From: Alloascoidea hylecoeti
Taxonomy: Eukaryota
Assembly (NCBI GenBank): GCA_001600815.1
Contig: BCKZ01000010.1
Location: 265,527 to 329,526, forward strand
Direction of reading: 5' to 3'
Length of the DNA: 64,000 bases
Part shown: piece after piece, positions 25,426 to 37,714 of the stretch
Numbering within the stretch: the stretch's first letter is position 1
Layout: each line of letters opens with the position of its first letter
The notes under the pieces: model-generated
Told to the model about the DNA's origin: nothing
Database searches by the model: none
Seen by the model: only the letters and a program-made list of their open reading frames with translations
Translations under genes and position numbers: made by a program

Positions 25426-26176
25426 TTGAATTAAAGCAAGTAGTATTAATATCAATGAAATGCTTTCATATATATAACTCAGAGCTGAACTTAACTTATT
25501 TTAGTGGTATATAAATAATTAAGGAATATTAATGCCAAGAAAATAAGGCTAGATTAACACATAAAGAAGAATTTTGTTTTACAGGGATTGATGCTTTATA
25601 TAGTTTTCGAATCTAATTATTACAGTTTTGTATTATCTTTAAGCAGCTTACCAAATAATATTTCTGAACTTCCAATAAATATTGAAATTAAATAGTCTAC
25701 AGCTGTAGTTACTTAAAATAGTTTATGGAGCGTTTACAACATCACAAATTTCATATGCATAGAGGGCGGCTGCAGTTTTCCAGTCTGACATGCAAATGGT
25801 AATAAGCAACAAAATATAGGTGATCAATTCAAATATAATTATAAATAAATAATATATAATACCTGGTATTATTTGGAATGATGAAGATAATTAATTGTAA
25901 TTCAATGGTGCCACTATATAAGATAAACCCATACTTATAAAGTATAATTTACCAAAAATGTACCAAAGTAGTAATAGTATGTACAGTCACTACTATAATT
26001 ATCTATTTTTATACTTAATAAATGGCAATATAAACCAAAGTGTCCGGTCTTGATTGAGTTGGCATTTATACATTTTATCTTATCATTATTTCATTTTCCT
26101 TGCGGTTTATTCTACAAAAGTGAGTCTATCTGCTAAATTTCCAGTAAACGTCGATATTCTAACATCCAAAATCCCA

Positions 26177-26183
26177 GCGGACT

Positions 26184-26225
<42 letters not shown>

Positions 26226-26249
26226 TGTGTTCGATCCACAGAGTTCGCA
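26177..26249 (+). tRNA. tRNA-Phe(GAA), intronless
   Basis: GCGGACTTAGCTCAGTTGGGAGAGCGTCAGACTGAAGATCTGAAGGTCCTGTGTTCGATCCACAGAGTTCGCA, nearly identical to canonical yeast tRNA-Phe, followed by a T7 terminator. Confidence 0.98.
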
Positions 26250-26490
26250 CTTTTTTTGCCATTTTTTTATTTTTAGAAAATTCCATTTCTCTTTTCCGGA
26301 AAACGCTAGAATTAGTCGCGCTAGTTTTGATTAATTATAAGATTCATGATTAAGAGAGGCAATTCTAAATGGAGTAAGAATTGATGAGTGTGCATAAACG
26401 TTGTGTCTGTTTAGTAGGGTTATGCTGACTCACCACTTAAAAAGCATCTGTAAACTGGGTTAGAACACAAAAGTTACCAAACAGCTAATA

Positions 26491-27468
26491 ATGCCAGTGG
26501 GAACGAATCAGGTTGTATATGTCAGCGGTTTGCCGTACGAGTGGACAGAAGACCAGCTACGGGCAGTCGCAGAAACAATCGGCCCCGTCAGCAGAGTAGA
26601 CATCATTATGGATAATGCGCGCCACAAGTCCAAAGGGTTTGGCTTCATCGGGTTCCAATCCGCAGAGACGGCCAAAAAGGCACTGACCCAGTTGCCAGAC
26701 CTCAAGATCGGCAAAACACGGCTGCGTGTGAGGCCTTCTACACAGTCCTCCGCCCATGCTGGCCATTCTGGCGGTCATACTGGTACCCACTCCGGGGGCC
26801 ATTCCGGTAACGCTAATGGCACCAGTAGCAATCCGTATGCTCCACCACAGCTCCCCTACCAGCAGCCTCAATACCAACAGTACCCTCCTTTACAAAATAC
26901 TCAATTTCCAATCTCTCAAAACACTCCACGGCCGTTCCCGATGACTACTGGTGACCGTGCCCCTTCAACCCCCCCACAAGTCCCCGTGCCCACCCTCATC
27001 GAGCTCTTCGCAAAACTCAAGATTATGCTCTCAACTGACGCCGCAAGTGCCTCACAGGCTTCTCAGATCCTCGTTGAAAATCCAGAGGTGACTCAGGCCC
27101 TGGTCCGCTCTTTACTGGTTATGGGTTTTGTTGATGAGAACGTCATTTCAAAAGCGGTTCAGCAACACGCTGCTTTGAATTCCAATTCCAATCTCTCATC
27201 TTCTACTTCACATCTCCCTTCTAATGTAAATCTACACCCCAGTTCTACCTCGATTCCCACCAGTTCTCGTCCCCGCGCACACCCAAGTGGAGGTGCAAAT
27301 GGAAATCCAATCACCCCAAGAGTGGCTGAGAAGTTACGTGCTTTGGATAAAACCCAAGCTCAGTTAATTAAAGAGGTTTTATTATTATCAATGGATCAGG
27401 TTGATGCGTTACCTTTAGAGCAAAAAGCGACTGTTCAGGAACTAAGAAGACAATTCTTGGAAAACTGA
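26491..27468 (+). CDS. RNA15: mRNA 3'-end processing factor Rna15/CstF-64
   Basis: N-terminal RRM (VYVSGLPYEWTE, KSKGFGFIGF), hinge (IL.ENP...AL...LL.MGFVD) and C-terminal domain (LIKEVLLLSMDQVDALP.EQK..V.ELR). Confidence 0.9.
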   Translation: MPVGTNQVVYVSGLPYEWTEDQLRAVAETIGPVSRVDIIMDNARHKSKGFGFIGFQSAETAKKALTQLPDLKIGKTRLRVRPSTQSSAHAGHSGGHTGTHSGGHSGNANGTSSNPYAPPQLPYQQPQYQQYPPLQNTQFPISQNTPRPFPMTTGDRAPSTPPQVPVPTLIELFAKLKIMLSTDAASASQASQILVENPEVTQALVRSLLVMGFVDENVISKAVQQHAALNSNSNLSSSTSHLPSNVNLHPSSTSIPTSSRPRAHPSGGANGNPITPRVAEKLRALDKTQAQLIKEVLLLSMDQVDALPLEQKATVQELRRQFLEN

Positions 27469-29166
27469 CATTTAACCAATTGCAACTCTTATTTTCATTA
27501 TAATTATTAAACATATATATATTTATATATAACTTATGACTTGATGTTGAATATATTGTGAATCTGTGATGTCGTTTCTACTTTTTATGTCATTATTTAT
27601 TACTGTAAAAATTATAATTAACACACCAATTGAATTGATATAACGTTAACTACACAATTATAACTAAGTATACGTATCTCTATAACTTGATATAGCGATA
27701 ATTAAATACAAATATTAATATCAGAAATATAATTAAATGTTTTTACCACTTGTAACTTAATAGCTCTTCCAATTACTATAGCTATAAAATATAGTAAGCC
27801 TAAGTAGCATGCGAATATATTTGGAATAGTGATCAGGAATATTATTAGAACGTGCTTCCTGCTAAGAAATCACAGGTAGTAGCTATGAATAAAGAAACGT
27901 AACATCACAAATCTTATAATTAAGAGCCGAAAAATGCGATGATTTGAACTATGCAGCAAACTCTAATGATGCAATACACGAATTGATTTTATTCGCATAC
28001 GGCGTATGAGGCTATGAACACTAGATATAAGTCGAATAGGTCTTTCCATAAGTTATACTGATCAATGTCTATAACTAAGTGTTAGGAATACAGAATCACC
28101 CGTTAAACGCTCTTTTATATCGTATATGAATGAACGACAATCAATATCATCGGTTAAATAAGCGTTCTGAAAGTGTGAAATTTGGAATCATCATCTAAAA
28201 TTACTACTTTTGATATGATAAATTACAATCAGCACTCACAACCCCAAAGGTGAAAATAATTTGATGAATATTGATCCTAAACTTATAGGAGAGGGAAATA
28301 GTCACGAGAGTGGAACAAGAAAACAATATGCATCAAAATCAAAATGAAGTTAAGCATAGAAATCGAATAACGGTAATTTTTCATTTTGTGTGTATAGCCT
28401 ATATCAAAAGTAGCAGTCTTAGAATATGATTCCAAATTTTCAATATTATGAACAGCATTTCTCTGCAGGTCACCACACACAGTTTATACAATATAGGACA
28501 CAAACAATAAACATCCAAGGTTCTTACTATCAAAAACCCCAATTCGAAACAGTACATTACATATAAAATGTTGTACTCATTAAACTACATTTAACACCTA
28601 TATCTAAATTTCAACCTGGCCGCGGATCTTAGACAAAAGACAAAAACCTTCACTCAATTCATTTTTATTCATATGCATATAAAATTTAAGAACAGCCCTA
28701 ATTTCCAATAAATGAATGAGAAAGCTGGCTGGTATGCTCAAAATAAAAAATTGAGCTCCGCCTATACCCTCTCTACATAATAGATATTAATCTAGATATT
28801 AATGTGATCCTAGATTGCAAATATGATTTTAGCCATTATAAATTTATAATAATTACTTATAATTATATAACATTCATAATATTTCATATTACCAGTTTAC
28901 CATAACCAAATATACGTACGTATAAGAACACCAGCCAGTAATAGAGTATTCCGAATGCTCCAGCCGACCGAAAGAAATTTGTCTCAACTGCACAAGAAGA
29001 TGGCAATTTTCCGACGACGGATCGGTTGACTGAATCAAATACTCCACCTAAAACCTTAATCACATGACCTTTTAAATATCGATACATAAAGCTTTATATT
29101 CACCTTCAGCAACCAAACATTTTGTTTATTATTTACTTCAAGCCACAGGTATTAGTTATAAATCTC

Positions 29167-30228
29167 ATGGCTTTAACAATTATCGACACGTATATCAACC
29201 GATTTCTACCAGCTAATGTGGTGAACTATTTCCCACAGCCTTTAAAGCATTTTCTAGGTTATAGGAAAACCCCAAGAACCCCACCTCCGGAATGGATACA
29301 TTGGCTTGACATTCTATTCGGAACTTTTTGTGGTGTTCTTGTTCTTGAAGCGGTTTTTAAATCCCATACAGTTTTTAGCAATCATCATGCTCCTATAATC
29401 ATTGCTAGTTATGTGAGTATATTTATATTAACAATGTTTACAGTTATTTAAAGATGACTAACGTATATCATTTTGTTATAGGGAGCGACTGCTATCCTTT
29501 TATTTAATTCTATAGAGGCTCCACTTGGTCAACCAAGAAATATACTTTTTGGACAGTTTATTTCATCGCTAGTTGGAGTTTGTATTTCAAAATTATTTCA
29601 ACTTTCAAATATGGGTGATAAAAATTTATATTTAGGTGGAGCTCTAAGTGTTGGATTAGCATCAATTGCAATGAGTTTCTTTAACTGTGTTCACCCACCA
29701 GCAGGAGCATCTGCATTAATGCCATGCGTGGAAGAATCAATTAAAGCAATGGGTTGGTGGTATCTACCAATGCAACTGGTTAGTTCAGTTCTTATAATTG
29801 GAGTTGCTTGTATAACAAACAATTTATTTCGAACGTATCCCAAATTTTGGTGGTCCCCTTTACAAATGAGAACAAAACCTAATCCAATACCTGAAAAACC
29901 TTTAGATATAGAACAATCTTTTTCTAATACTAATACCACCGGTACTAATCATGATCAAGAAAAAGAAGATGGTGTATTAGAAAATCAAAGATCTGATCTG
30001 ATACAATCAAAGACAAGAAGCTTCGAAATAGGAGCAAATATAATTTCTCATAAACCAAATATACAAAAAATTGAAATCAATAGAGATTCTATTCTAATTC
30101 CAAATGAATTAAAGCAAACCCTATCAAGTTATGAAATTCAAATCTTAGAAAATATAAGATTGCGGATAAATGAAACTTTTAACTCTAGCAATAATAATGA
30201 AAGAAATATAGATAATGTCACAGCGTAG
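29167..30228 (+). CDS. HPP-family membrane protein; intron 29413-29481
   Basis: IIASYGATAILLF...PLGQPRN and VHPPAGA motifs; GTGAGT...ACTAAC...TAG intron. Confidence 0.9.
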
Positions 30229-30553
30229 TACTTGTACTAGCCCTGACAGATATAAGTATATAAAATAATACCTAATAGAATTCAAAGCGTATACGCGTAG
30301 TTTATTTTCATTTAGCGTAGTTTAGTACTTAAGACCTACCGCATTAGTGTATCCGGATTATGAACACAAATATATTTGCGCAGTTTTTTCACAACTTCAT
30401 AATATATCTAAAATATTGATATAAAATATTTTGGAGGCTTTTGGAATATATGTTTGCAACACGTGATATTTTTTGCTATACTTGTAGGAACAGCATGTTC
30501 AAAACTACACCACCAAAATATAAAGACCTAGGTCCGATAATTTTCCCACAATA

Positions 30554-32839
30554 ATGTCAGAAAAACCTGATACAGATGATCAGGACAAGACTATTCCTAA
30601 TTCGGGTTCAATTGAAATTGAAAAAACTACACTAAATGATAATAATAGTGCTAATGTTCCAGTTGGATGGGCAATAGGTAAAGATAGACCATATCTTATT
30701 TCAACTCCATCTACTGATTTTTTAAAATCAACAAAATTTACTAGAAAAGATAAGATATTCTTCCATATCTTATTAGTTTTATCAGTTGGCATAAGATTTT
30801 ATAAACTATGGAATCCACCATCTGTTGTTTTTGATGAAGTTCATTTTGGTGGATTTTCAAGAAAATATGTAATTGGTAGATGGTTCATGGATGTTCATCC
30901 ACCATTAGCAAAGTTATTATTCGCATTGGTTGCATTTGTTGGTCGATTTGATGGTGAGTTTGAATTCAAAGATATTGGAGATGAATATATCGGTCAAAAC
31001 GTACCATATATTTTAATGAGATCATGGCCATGCTTTTTGGGTGTTCTTGTGGTTTTATTAAGTTATTTAACATTAAAATCCTCCGGTTGTAGATCTGAAA
31101 TAGCTTTTCTTGGTTCTTTTTGGGTCATGATTGATAATGCATTGATCACTCAATCACGATTCATTCTATTGGATTCTCCATTATTGTTTTTCATTGCTTT
31201 AACAATTTTTGGGTTTAAGAGATTTCAAATCCAAACCCCATTTACTAAACCATGGTATCGTTATTTATGTTTAACAGGTATGGGTTTAGGACTTTCAGCA
31301 AGTTCTAAATGGGTTGGTTTCTTTACAGTTTCATGGGTTGGAATTCATACTTTAATTCAACTTTGGTTCTTATTAGGTGATTTATCAATTCCAATAAAAG
31401 ATTTATCAAAGCATTTTAGAACAAGGGTGTTTTTTTTAATTTCATTACCTTTTATTTTCTATATGGGTTTTTTTGCAATCCATTTTATCGCTGCCTGTAA
31501 TACTGGAGATGATGCATCATTTATGTCTCCAGAATTTCAAACAACTTTAAAACATAATCCAATACCCAAATCAATACCTGGTTTAGTTACTGCTGGTAGT
31601 ACTATATCACTTCGTCATTATAATACTCGTGGTGGATATTTGCATTCTCATGAACATAATTATCAAACAGGGTCTCAACAACAACAAATAACATTATACG
31701 GTCATCTTGATGAGAATAATGATTTTAAAATTGAGCCTGTTGATATCAAAGAAGGAGATAATAAAACATTAACTGGTTTAAATGGAACTATACTCTCTCT
31801 ACTAGGTAATAGAGATAAAATTCGTTTAAGACATGTTATTACTGGTAAACGATTACATGTAAGTCCTGATTTCAAACCTCCAATTTCTGAACTTGACTAT
31901 CAACATGAAGTATCAGGTTTTCTAAATGATGATAATGAAGAAATAGGACCAGAAGATGATTGGGAAATTCTAATAAATTATGATTATACTAAAAATCAAG
32001 AAGCAAAAGATAATTTAATAGCACTTGAAACTAAATTTCAACTTTATAATTCAAAAGCACATTGTTATTTATTTTCTCATCCTGTCTCTTTACCTGAATG
32101 GGGGTTTGGCCAACAAGAAGTAACATGTATTGATCAACCAACAGTTGCTAATTCAATCTGGATTATTGAAGAAAATAAAAATCCAAATGCTCCACCAACA
32201 AGGCATGTTTCTTATAAAAGACCAGGATTTTTTGCAAAATTTATTGAAGTAAATAAGGTTATGTGGGTTGTTAATAAAGGTCTAGTTGAATCACATAATT
32301 GGGATTCAAAACCTGAATCATGGCCTGTTTTAGCAAGAGGTATTAATTTTTGGGGTAAAACTGGTGGTCATATTTATCTAATTGGAAATGCACCAATATG
32401 GTGGGCAACAACCTTTTTCATCTTTTCTTATTTAGCATATCGTTCTTTAAAAGTATTGAGGACGAAAAGTTTAGGTCTTTTGCCTGATTACGCTGATAAA
32501 GCAAAAGCATTATATCAAGATGAAGTTGGAAGTTACTTATTGGGTTGGTTTCTACATTATTTCCCTTCTTTCTTAATGGCAAGACAGTTATTTTTACACC
32601 ATTATTTAGCTTCACTATATTTCGCGATATTAGCAATGGCTCAGACATTTGAATTTATCACATCTAAACATAAAAAAATTGGGTATGGATCAATGATTAT
32701 ATTGACCTGTTTTGGAATTCAATTTTTTATAAAGTATTCACCTCTTATATATGGAACGCCATGGACCCAAAAAGAATGTCTTGCGTCTATACCTTCTTTT
32801 ACAGATTGGGATTTTGATTGTAATATGTATTCAAATTAG
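30554..32839 (+). CDS. PMT1: Dolichyl-phosphate-mannose protein O-mannosyltransferase, PMT1 subfamily
   Basis: VVFDEVHFGGF, DVHPPLAKL, SRFILLDS, MIR domains and RQLFLHHYL; an MCB lies upstream at 30293-30298. Confidence 0.92.
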   Translation: MSEKPDTDDQDKTIPNSGSIEIEKTTLNDNNSANVPVGWAIGKDRPYLISTPSTDFLKSTKFTRKDKIFFHILLVLSVGIRFYKLWNPPSVVFDEVHFGGFSRKYVIGRWFMDVHPPLAKLLFALVAFVGRFDGEFEFKDIGDEYIGQNVPYILMRSWPCFLGVLVVLLSYLTLKSSGCRSEIAFLGSFWVMIDNALITQSRFILLDSPLLFFIALTIFGFKRFQIQTPFTKPWYRYLCLTGMGLGLSASSKWVGFFTVSWVGIHTLIQLWFLLGDLSIPIKDLSKHFRTRVFFLISLPFIFYMGFFAIHFIAACNTGDDASFMSPEFQTTLKHNPIPKSIPGLVTAGSTISLRHYNTRGGYLHSHEHNYQTGSQQQQITLYGHLDENNDFKIEPVDIKEGDNKTLTGLNGTILSLLGNRDKIRLRHVITGKRLHVSPDFKPPISELDYQHEVSGFLNDDNEEIGPEDDWEILINYDYTKNQEAKDNLIALETKFQLYNSKAHCYLFSHPVSLPEWGFGQQEVTCIDQPTVANSIWIIEENKNPNAPPTRHVSYKRPGFFAKFIEVNKVMWVVNKGLVESHNWDSKPESWPVLARGINFWGKTGGHIYLIGNAPIWWATTFFIFSYLAYRSLKVLRTKSLGLLPDYADKAKALYQDEVGSYLLGWFLHYFPSFLMARQLFLHHYLASLYFAILAMAQTFEFITSKHKKIGYGSMIILTCFGIQFFIKYSPLIYGTPWTQKECLASIPSFTDWDFDCNMYSN

Positions 32840-32912
32840 ATAGAAATCAAAGATAAATAAGAAATATCTACATACTCCCATGTAAATAATAGAATATTTA
32901 TATATTTATATG

Positions 32913-33762
32913 TCAATTTATTTTATCACTATCATTGCGGTCATCATTTCCATCAACTCTGGAATCTGATTCCTTGAATGATATCTCTAACTGTTTTGAT
33001 AATATACCCAACTTTTTTGTAATGTTTACCAAATCAATTATAGCATTTATGCTTGAATTGAATTCTTTTTGTGATTCTCTTAATACAGGTGGTACTAAAC
33101 CACCAAACATGTTTAAAGGATCCTTAATCTTTGATTTTTCTTTTTTAATTTCTTTTGTTTTACTTGAACCTGTTGTTACTACACCTTCATAATCAACCGT
33201 TGATTTTTCCTCACTTTTTGTGTCATTTATCTTCTTTCGATGCCTTGTTGTACTACCATTTTTTGTATCATCTGCAGATTTTATTTCGGTTTTCTCTTTT
33301 TCCTCTTCCTCTTCCTTTTCTTGTTTTTGTTTCAGTTTCTGCTTCAATAGTAGATCTTCTATAGTCAGGACTGGTACCTTAAGATTATCATCATCTTTAA
33401 TCTTTCTTTAAAATTACGTTAGAACACTTTAAATCATTATATTGTATCATATTAATTGATATCCATACATACATTCTTTTAATGGACTGTACTGTCTCAT
33501 CATAAAAATCTTTACCATAAGTTTTACCAAACCCGGATGATACATAATTCGCTCTAACCAATTTTATAAATCCTGAAGAGAAATGATTTAATAAATCATA
33601 TCTTAGTGTTTCATATTCATCAATTAAATCTAAATAAGTTTCTATTTTTGATTCAACATTAATGAGGTTTGTTTCCACTTTGGTATCATTGGAATTAATA
33701 TTTAATTGTTCTAAATCTTTTGCGATTTCTGTTGTATTTTCCTTGACAATGGATATGGACAT
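32913..33762 (-). CDS. VMA22: V-ATPase assembly factor Vma22/CCDC115; intron 33406-33472
   Basis: YLDLIDEY...FSSGFIKLVRANY...YGKDFYD and KDPLNMFGGLVPPVLRESQ..F motifs; a GTATGT...TCTAAC...AAG intron restores the frame. Confidence 0.85.
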
Positions 33763-33984
33763 GTCTTTGTTAATTAGTGATGAGTCTCATATCAAGATAT
33801 TATTCTAAAATCCGGGTAAATTAGGGACTCATGTCAAAAATTGTGTACTACAAACTACAAAGTATTAATATTACAAACCAGTTGTAATTAGTTTGCTGGA
33901 GACAATTTTTCCAATGGCTATCAAATACCCTTATTGAGGCTGAGAAAAATTGGCGAGGGTAATTGAAATTTCTGATCTAGGAGA

Positions 33985-34660
33985 CGTAAAGTTTCTCCAT
34001 TTTATTTCTTGAAAGCTACCTTCAAGCAACACAAGAAGTATAACTCAGATGATCCGCATATATCAGGTCAGACATTCCGTAAGGAGATGGTTGACTTCTT
34101 TAACATATATGGAAAGGATTTGATCAAGGAATTACCTTCAAAAACATACTTTCTCGTTTTAAAAAAAGCAGTTATACCACCATTCAGAAGACGTTTGAAA
34201 GAAATGCGGTGATGGAAAGACCAACCGAATGAAAATATGTCTATTATATATTAAAGACTCACTAGTTTGACTGATGAACAAAATATGAAGTGGTTGACCG
34301 ATTTTGTGGAAGAATATTCAATTTTTGAAGAGAAGCTGCTCATCTGCTGCATATATTTGAGTCCTATCGATGCTACTTCATAAATGTGCTAGAGCCACGG
34401 AATGCTTCTAATCCACTGGAAACCTTTATCAGACCATCTTCAAGAGTTAAGGTACGTGTGAATGTATTTTCATTACCGTACCTGTTCTTAACTCTAATCA
34501 AATCATGGAAATAGTGAAGAATATGCATCAATCTTTATGATGTATTCCACCTACGCGTTGAACAGCGCCTGTCCGGTTGTTACGCAACCAACCCTAGATT
34601 TTTTATCTAAAGCCAAACCATGAAGGCCAGTCCTTGAAGTTGGTTCCTTAACGTTTTAAG
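33985..34660 (+). pseudogene. Decayed ORF of unknown family
   Basis: One frame reads as protein-like sequence for over 130 codons with only isolated stops (34210, ~34252, 34381); composition is coding-like relative to the flanks. Confidence 0.4.
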
Positions 34661-34681
34661 GACTGACCAATTTGGAATCCG

Positions 34682-34743
34682 CAAAACAAAATAACAAAAT
34701 AACAAAATAAAACAAGATAAAAGGATAAAACAATAAAACAAAT
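34682..34743 (+). repeat. A-rich tandem repeat (ACAAAATA)n and degenerate copies
   Basis: caaaacaaaataacaaaataacaaaataaaacaagataaaaggataaaacaataaaac. Confidence 0.7.
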
Positions 34744-35469
34744 TCTATATTAAACTTAATAATGTTTAGTTAAAATAGTTATACTTTTAATGTAAAATAA
34801 TGTATGGAAAAAAAGAATTAAGTGGAAGAATTCGTAGTAATGAAAAAAAAAACGCTAATGAACATATATGAAAAACTATATTTCTAAAATATGAACCAAA
34901 AAGTATCATAAAGAATTAGAATGATTAGTTTAGAAGTTTTGGTATTGAAGAACCAAACAAATCGGCATTACGCTACCAATAAACCTACTTAAACTTAAAT
35001 TTACCTGCTTACAGGCAAAAGGATATCTAATATATATTTAAGGGGTATAACTATTTAGTTAAAAAAAAAAATAGGTTTATATATAAGTCATAAATACAAC
35101 GCAGTTATTAATTATAAACTCTGAGAATTCAAACAGACAGACAGAATAAAAACTAAATAATATTCTTATAATTTCAAATAATAGGGATTGTATTGGAAAA
35201 TAAAAATAAATGAAAAGTAACAGTAGCAATATTGTAACATAATTAAACAAAAATATAAAAGAAAATATGGATAATTTTAAATAAATTTATTCCATTTTTA
35301 AAAATTATTATATCTTCAAAGGATAAAAAGCGCCCCATAGCTAAAAGAAATAAAACTTCATCTGAAAAATAATATATTTCAAGATAGGTGTTCATTAATT
35401 TGGGCAAACTTTCTTTCTTTCTTTTTTTTTTTTTTTCTTTTTTTCAGTTTATTTAATTGTAATATTATC

Positions 35470-37566
35470 TTAAGCTTGTTCTTGGCCTTCACTTTCCATT
35501 ACATCTAAAAATTGTTTCCTTAGTTGAACTCTTCCTTCACCATGTCTTTTAATAACGATTTTCCATAATTCTTCATCATTACTAGTTATGTATTTATCAT
35601 CTTCTGTATTGAAAACACCAGCAATATCAGCTGGTGGTTCACCTGTTCTGATTAAGATATCAAAATAAGCAGGTAATAAATATAATTGAGCGCTTGTTGA
35701 ATGTAAAGCTTCTTGCGCAATTCTCTCGGAAATGCCTAATGATTCAACTAATGATGATATAATTTTTTCAACAGATGAAATATTTTGAACAGCAGTTATA
35801 ACTTTTGCATAAATATCATTATCTTTCAATACAGTATCAACTTGATCAATTTCCTTCAAGGATGGTATTGTACTTGTTGATTCATCAATATCTCTACCAC
35901 TATTAAGCAATGCCTCATCAATAACATTTACATTATCATTATCAGAATCCATCTTTCTTGATTTATAAGAACGATCAAGACCTGAAGAACCAGAGCTATT
36001 TCTTTTCCGACGTGAAGTAGATGGTGAATCAGTTTGTATATTATCATTTAAATCATTATCATAGTCATCATCTTCATTTTTCTCAATATCCTGTTGATTA
36101 TGAGCATTTAAAGCAATTCCAACAGCTTTTGCGGCAACTTCAGCATCTTCCGAAGCGATACTATTGGCTAGATTCAAATCAACATTATTATTGTTACCAG
36201 TATTTACAACAGTAATTTCACCATTTTCAACCCTTTCTCTGTATTCTTTAATAATATTTTCAACACCTTTTGGAGCAATAACTTTTCTAAATCTATAACG
36301 ATAAGAATTTCCAGAATGTCTGCCATTTTGATTAGCATATTCTTGGAAAAAATTCAAAGATCTAGCTCTATTTGAATGTTGTACCAGATACAAACATAAT
36401 TCATAATCATCTTCAGGAGTAAATTTTTGTTTTAAAGTACGGGTTGGAATTGGGACTTTTGTAAAATCACCATTCATACCATTTTGATAAACCCATTCCA
36501 ATTTTTTATCCAAAACTCTTCTATATCTATCACGAATTGAAGCAGCTGTATGACGTGGTAATTTGTCAACCAACGCACGGTAAAAATCATGAGAATATCT
36601 TTTTTCAGGTTCATATCTTACCATTTGTAAAATAAAAGAATCTTCTTCTGGGGTGAAGATATTCTTACATCTCCTTTTACCTGGAGTAGCAGAATGAGGC
36701 GATTCATTGTAATCACCAGAAGTATGGGAAGCAGCGGAGCCAGCCAAATGACCTTGAGCTTGAGCTTGAGCAACAGCGGCGGCGGCAATTTGATCAGGTA
36801 AGGGCGCTGATAAAGGAGATTGATTTGATTTTCTTCCACTGTTATTTGTGGAATGTTTTGAATTTGGCGCACCATAGTTTGATAAAGGTATTATTCTATA
36901 ATCTTCCAAATTTTTCTTTTCGTTTGAGTTAATCGAATCATATATAAATGATGTACGATAATATCTAAATGAGTTGTTTGCGATTGACGTATCATCAGTT
37001 AATATTATTGCACCTGGGAAATTTATTGATTTCACTTCACGACCACCAAAATTTCTAATTAAATCAGATAACCGGGATTGGTTTTGAACATTTAAATGAA
37101 GATAAAAATTCATAGAACCACAATCGTCATCCAAGAAGATTCCAAAACTATTTGTATTTTCAGATTGCTTTGAAACATTATTATTGTTATCATGATTCTG
37201 ATCCTTCTCCAAAGAGGCAGATTCAGATCTTGGCCCGGTAATATTAGATTCTTGACCATTCCCGACGTTGCTATCGTTAAGAGCACCAGCTATTGTAACA
37301 GCAACAAGTGCTTGGGCCGCTTCATCAGAAACCACATTTTCGTTTACATCTTCAATTTTAAAATCATCCGCGTCTTTCATCAAATTATTATTATCCTCCT
37401 TCCGTTGAGCGTCTGAAGGCTCCTGTTTTGGATCGTCGGCCAAGCCATGAGTGAGGTCGTCAGAAATAAGGCCTGAAATGTTGTCCGAAGGGGACGTGGT
37501 TGGAAAATTACGGATGGACTCGTAAACGGTGTCATCGATAGAAGGGTGAGTGTTTGGATGGGACAT
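35470..37566 (-). CDS. RAP1: Rap1 telomere-binding and transcription factor (BRCT, two Myb domains, RCT)
   Basis: BRCT (FYL...LSDLIRNFGG...FIYDSI...LEDY), Myb1 (KNIFTPEED...HTAASIRDRYR..L), Myb2 (KQKFTPEDD...HSGNSYRYRFRK) and RCT (P..IAGVFNTEDD...IKRHG....LRKQFL); likely start is MSHPNTH at 37566. Confidence 0.92.
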   Translation of the reverse strand: MSHPNTHPSIDDTVYESIRNFPTTSPSDNISGLISDDLTHGLADDPKQEPSDAQRKEDNNNLMKDADDFKIEDVNENVVSDEAAQALVAVTIAGALNDSNVGNGQESNITGPRSESASLEKDQNHDNNNNVSKQSENTNSFGIFLDDDCGSMNFYLHLNVQNQSRLSDLIRNFGGREVKSINFPGAIILTDDTSIANNSFRYYRTSFIYDSINSNEKKNLEDYRIIPLSNYGAPNSKHSTNNSGRKSNQSPLSAPLPDQIAAAAVAQAQAQGHLAGSAASHTSGDYNESPHSATPGKRRCKNIFTPEEDSFILQMVRYEPEKRYSHDFYRALVDKLPRHTAASIRDRYRRVLDKKLEWVYQNGMNGDFTKVPIPTRTLKQKFTPEDDYELCLYLVQHSNRARSLNFFQEYANQNGRHSGNSYRYRFRKVIAPKGVENIIKEYRERVENGEITVVNTGNNNNVDLNLANSIASEDAEVAAKAVGIALNAHNQQDIEKNEDDDYDNDLNDNIQTDSPSTSRRKRNSSGSSGLDRSYKSRKMDSDNDNVNVIDEALLNSGRDIDESTSTIPSLKEIDQVDTVLKDNDIYAKVITAVQNISSVEKIISSLVESLGISERIAQEALHSTSAQLYLLPAYFDILIRTGEPPADIAGVFNTEDDKYITSNDEELWKIVIKRHGEGRVQLRKQFLDVMESEGQEQA

Positions 37567-37714
37567 GCTTTTACTATCGTTTTGCTCTGAAAAGGGAGAT
37601 GAGATGTTTAAAAAGTAGAGTGGGTGTTTAGACAAAAAAATGTGCTCGGTAGGGTAATCGTGGTCACGTGTGAGTACAAGCACATATCTGATATTTTGGA
37701 CCATATCCAAAAAC

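Noticed and set aside
26054..26353. 99-aa ORF spanning tRNA-Phe
   Set aside because: Incidental frame through a tRNA gene, with a non-ATG start.
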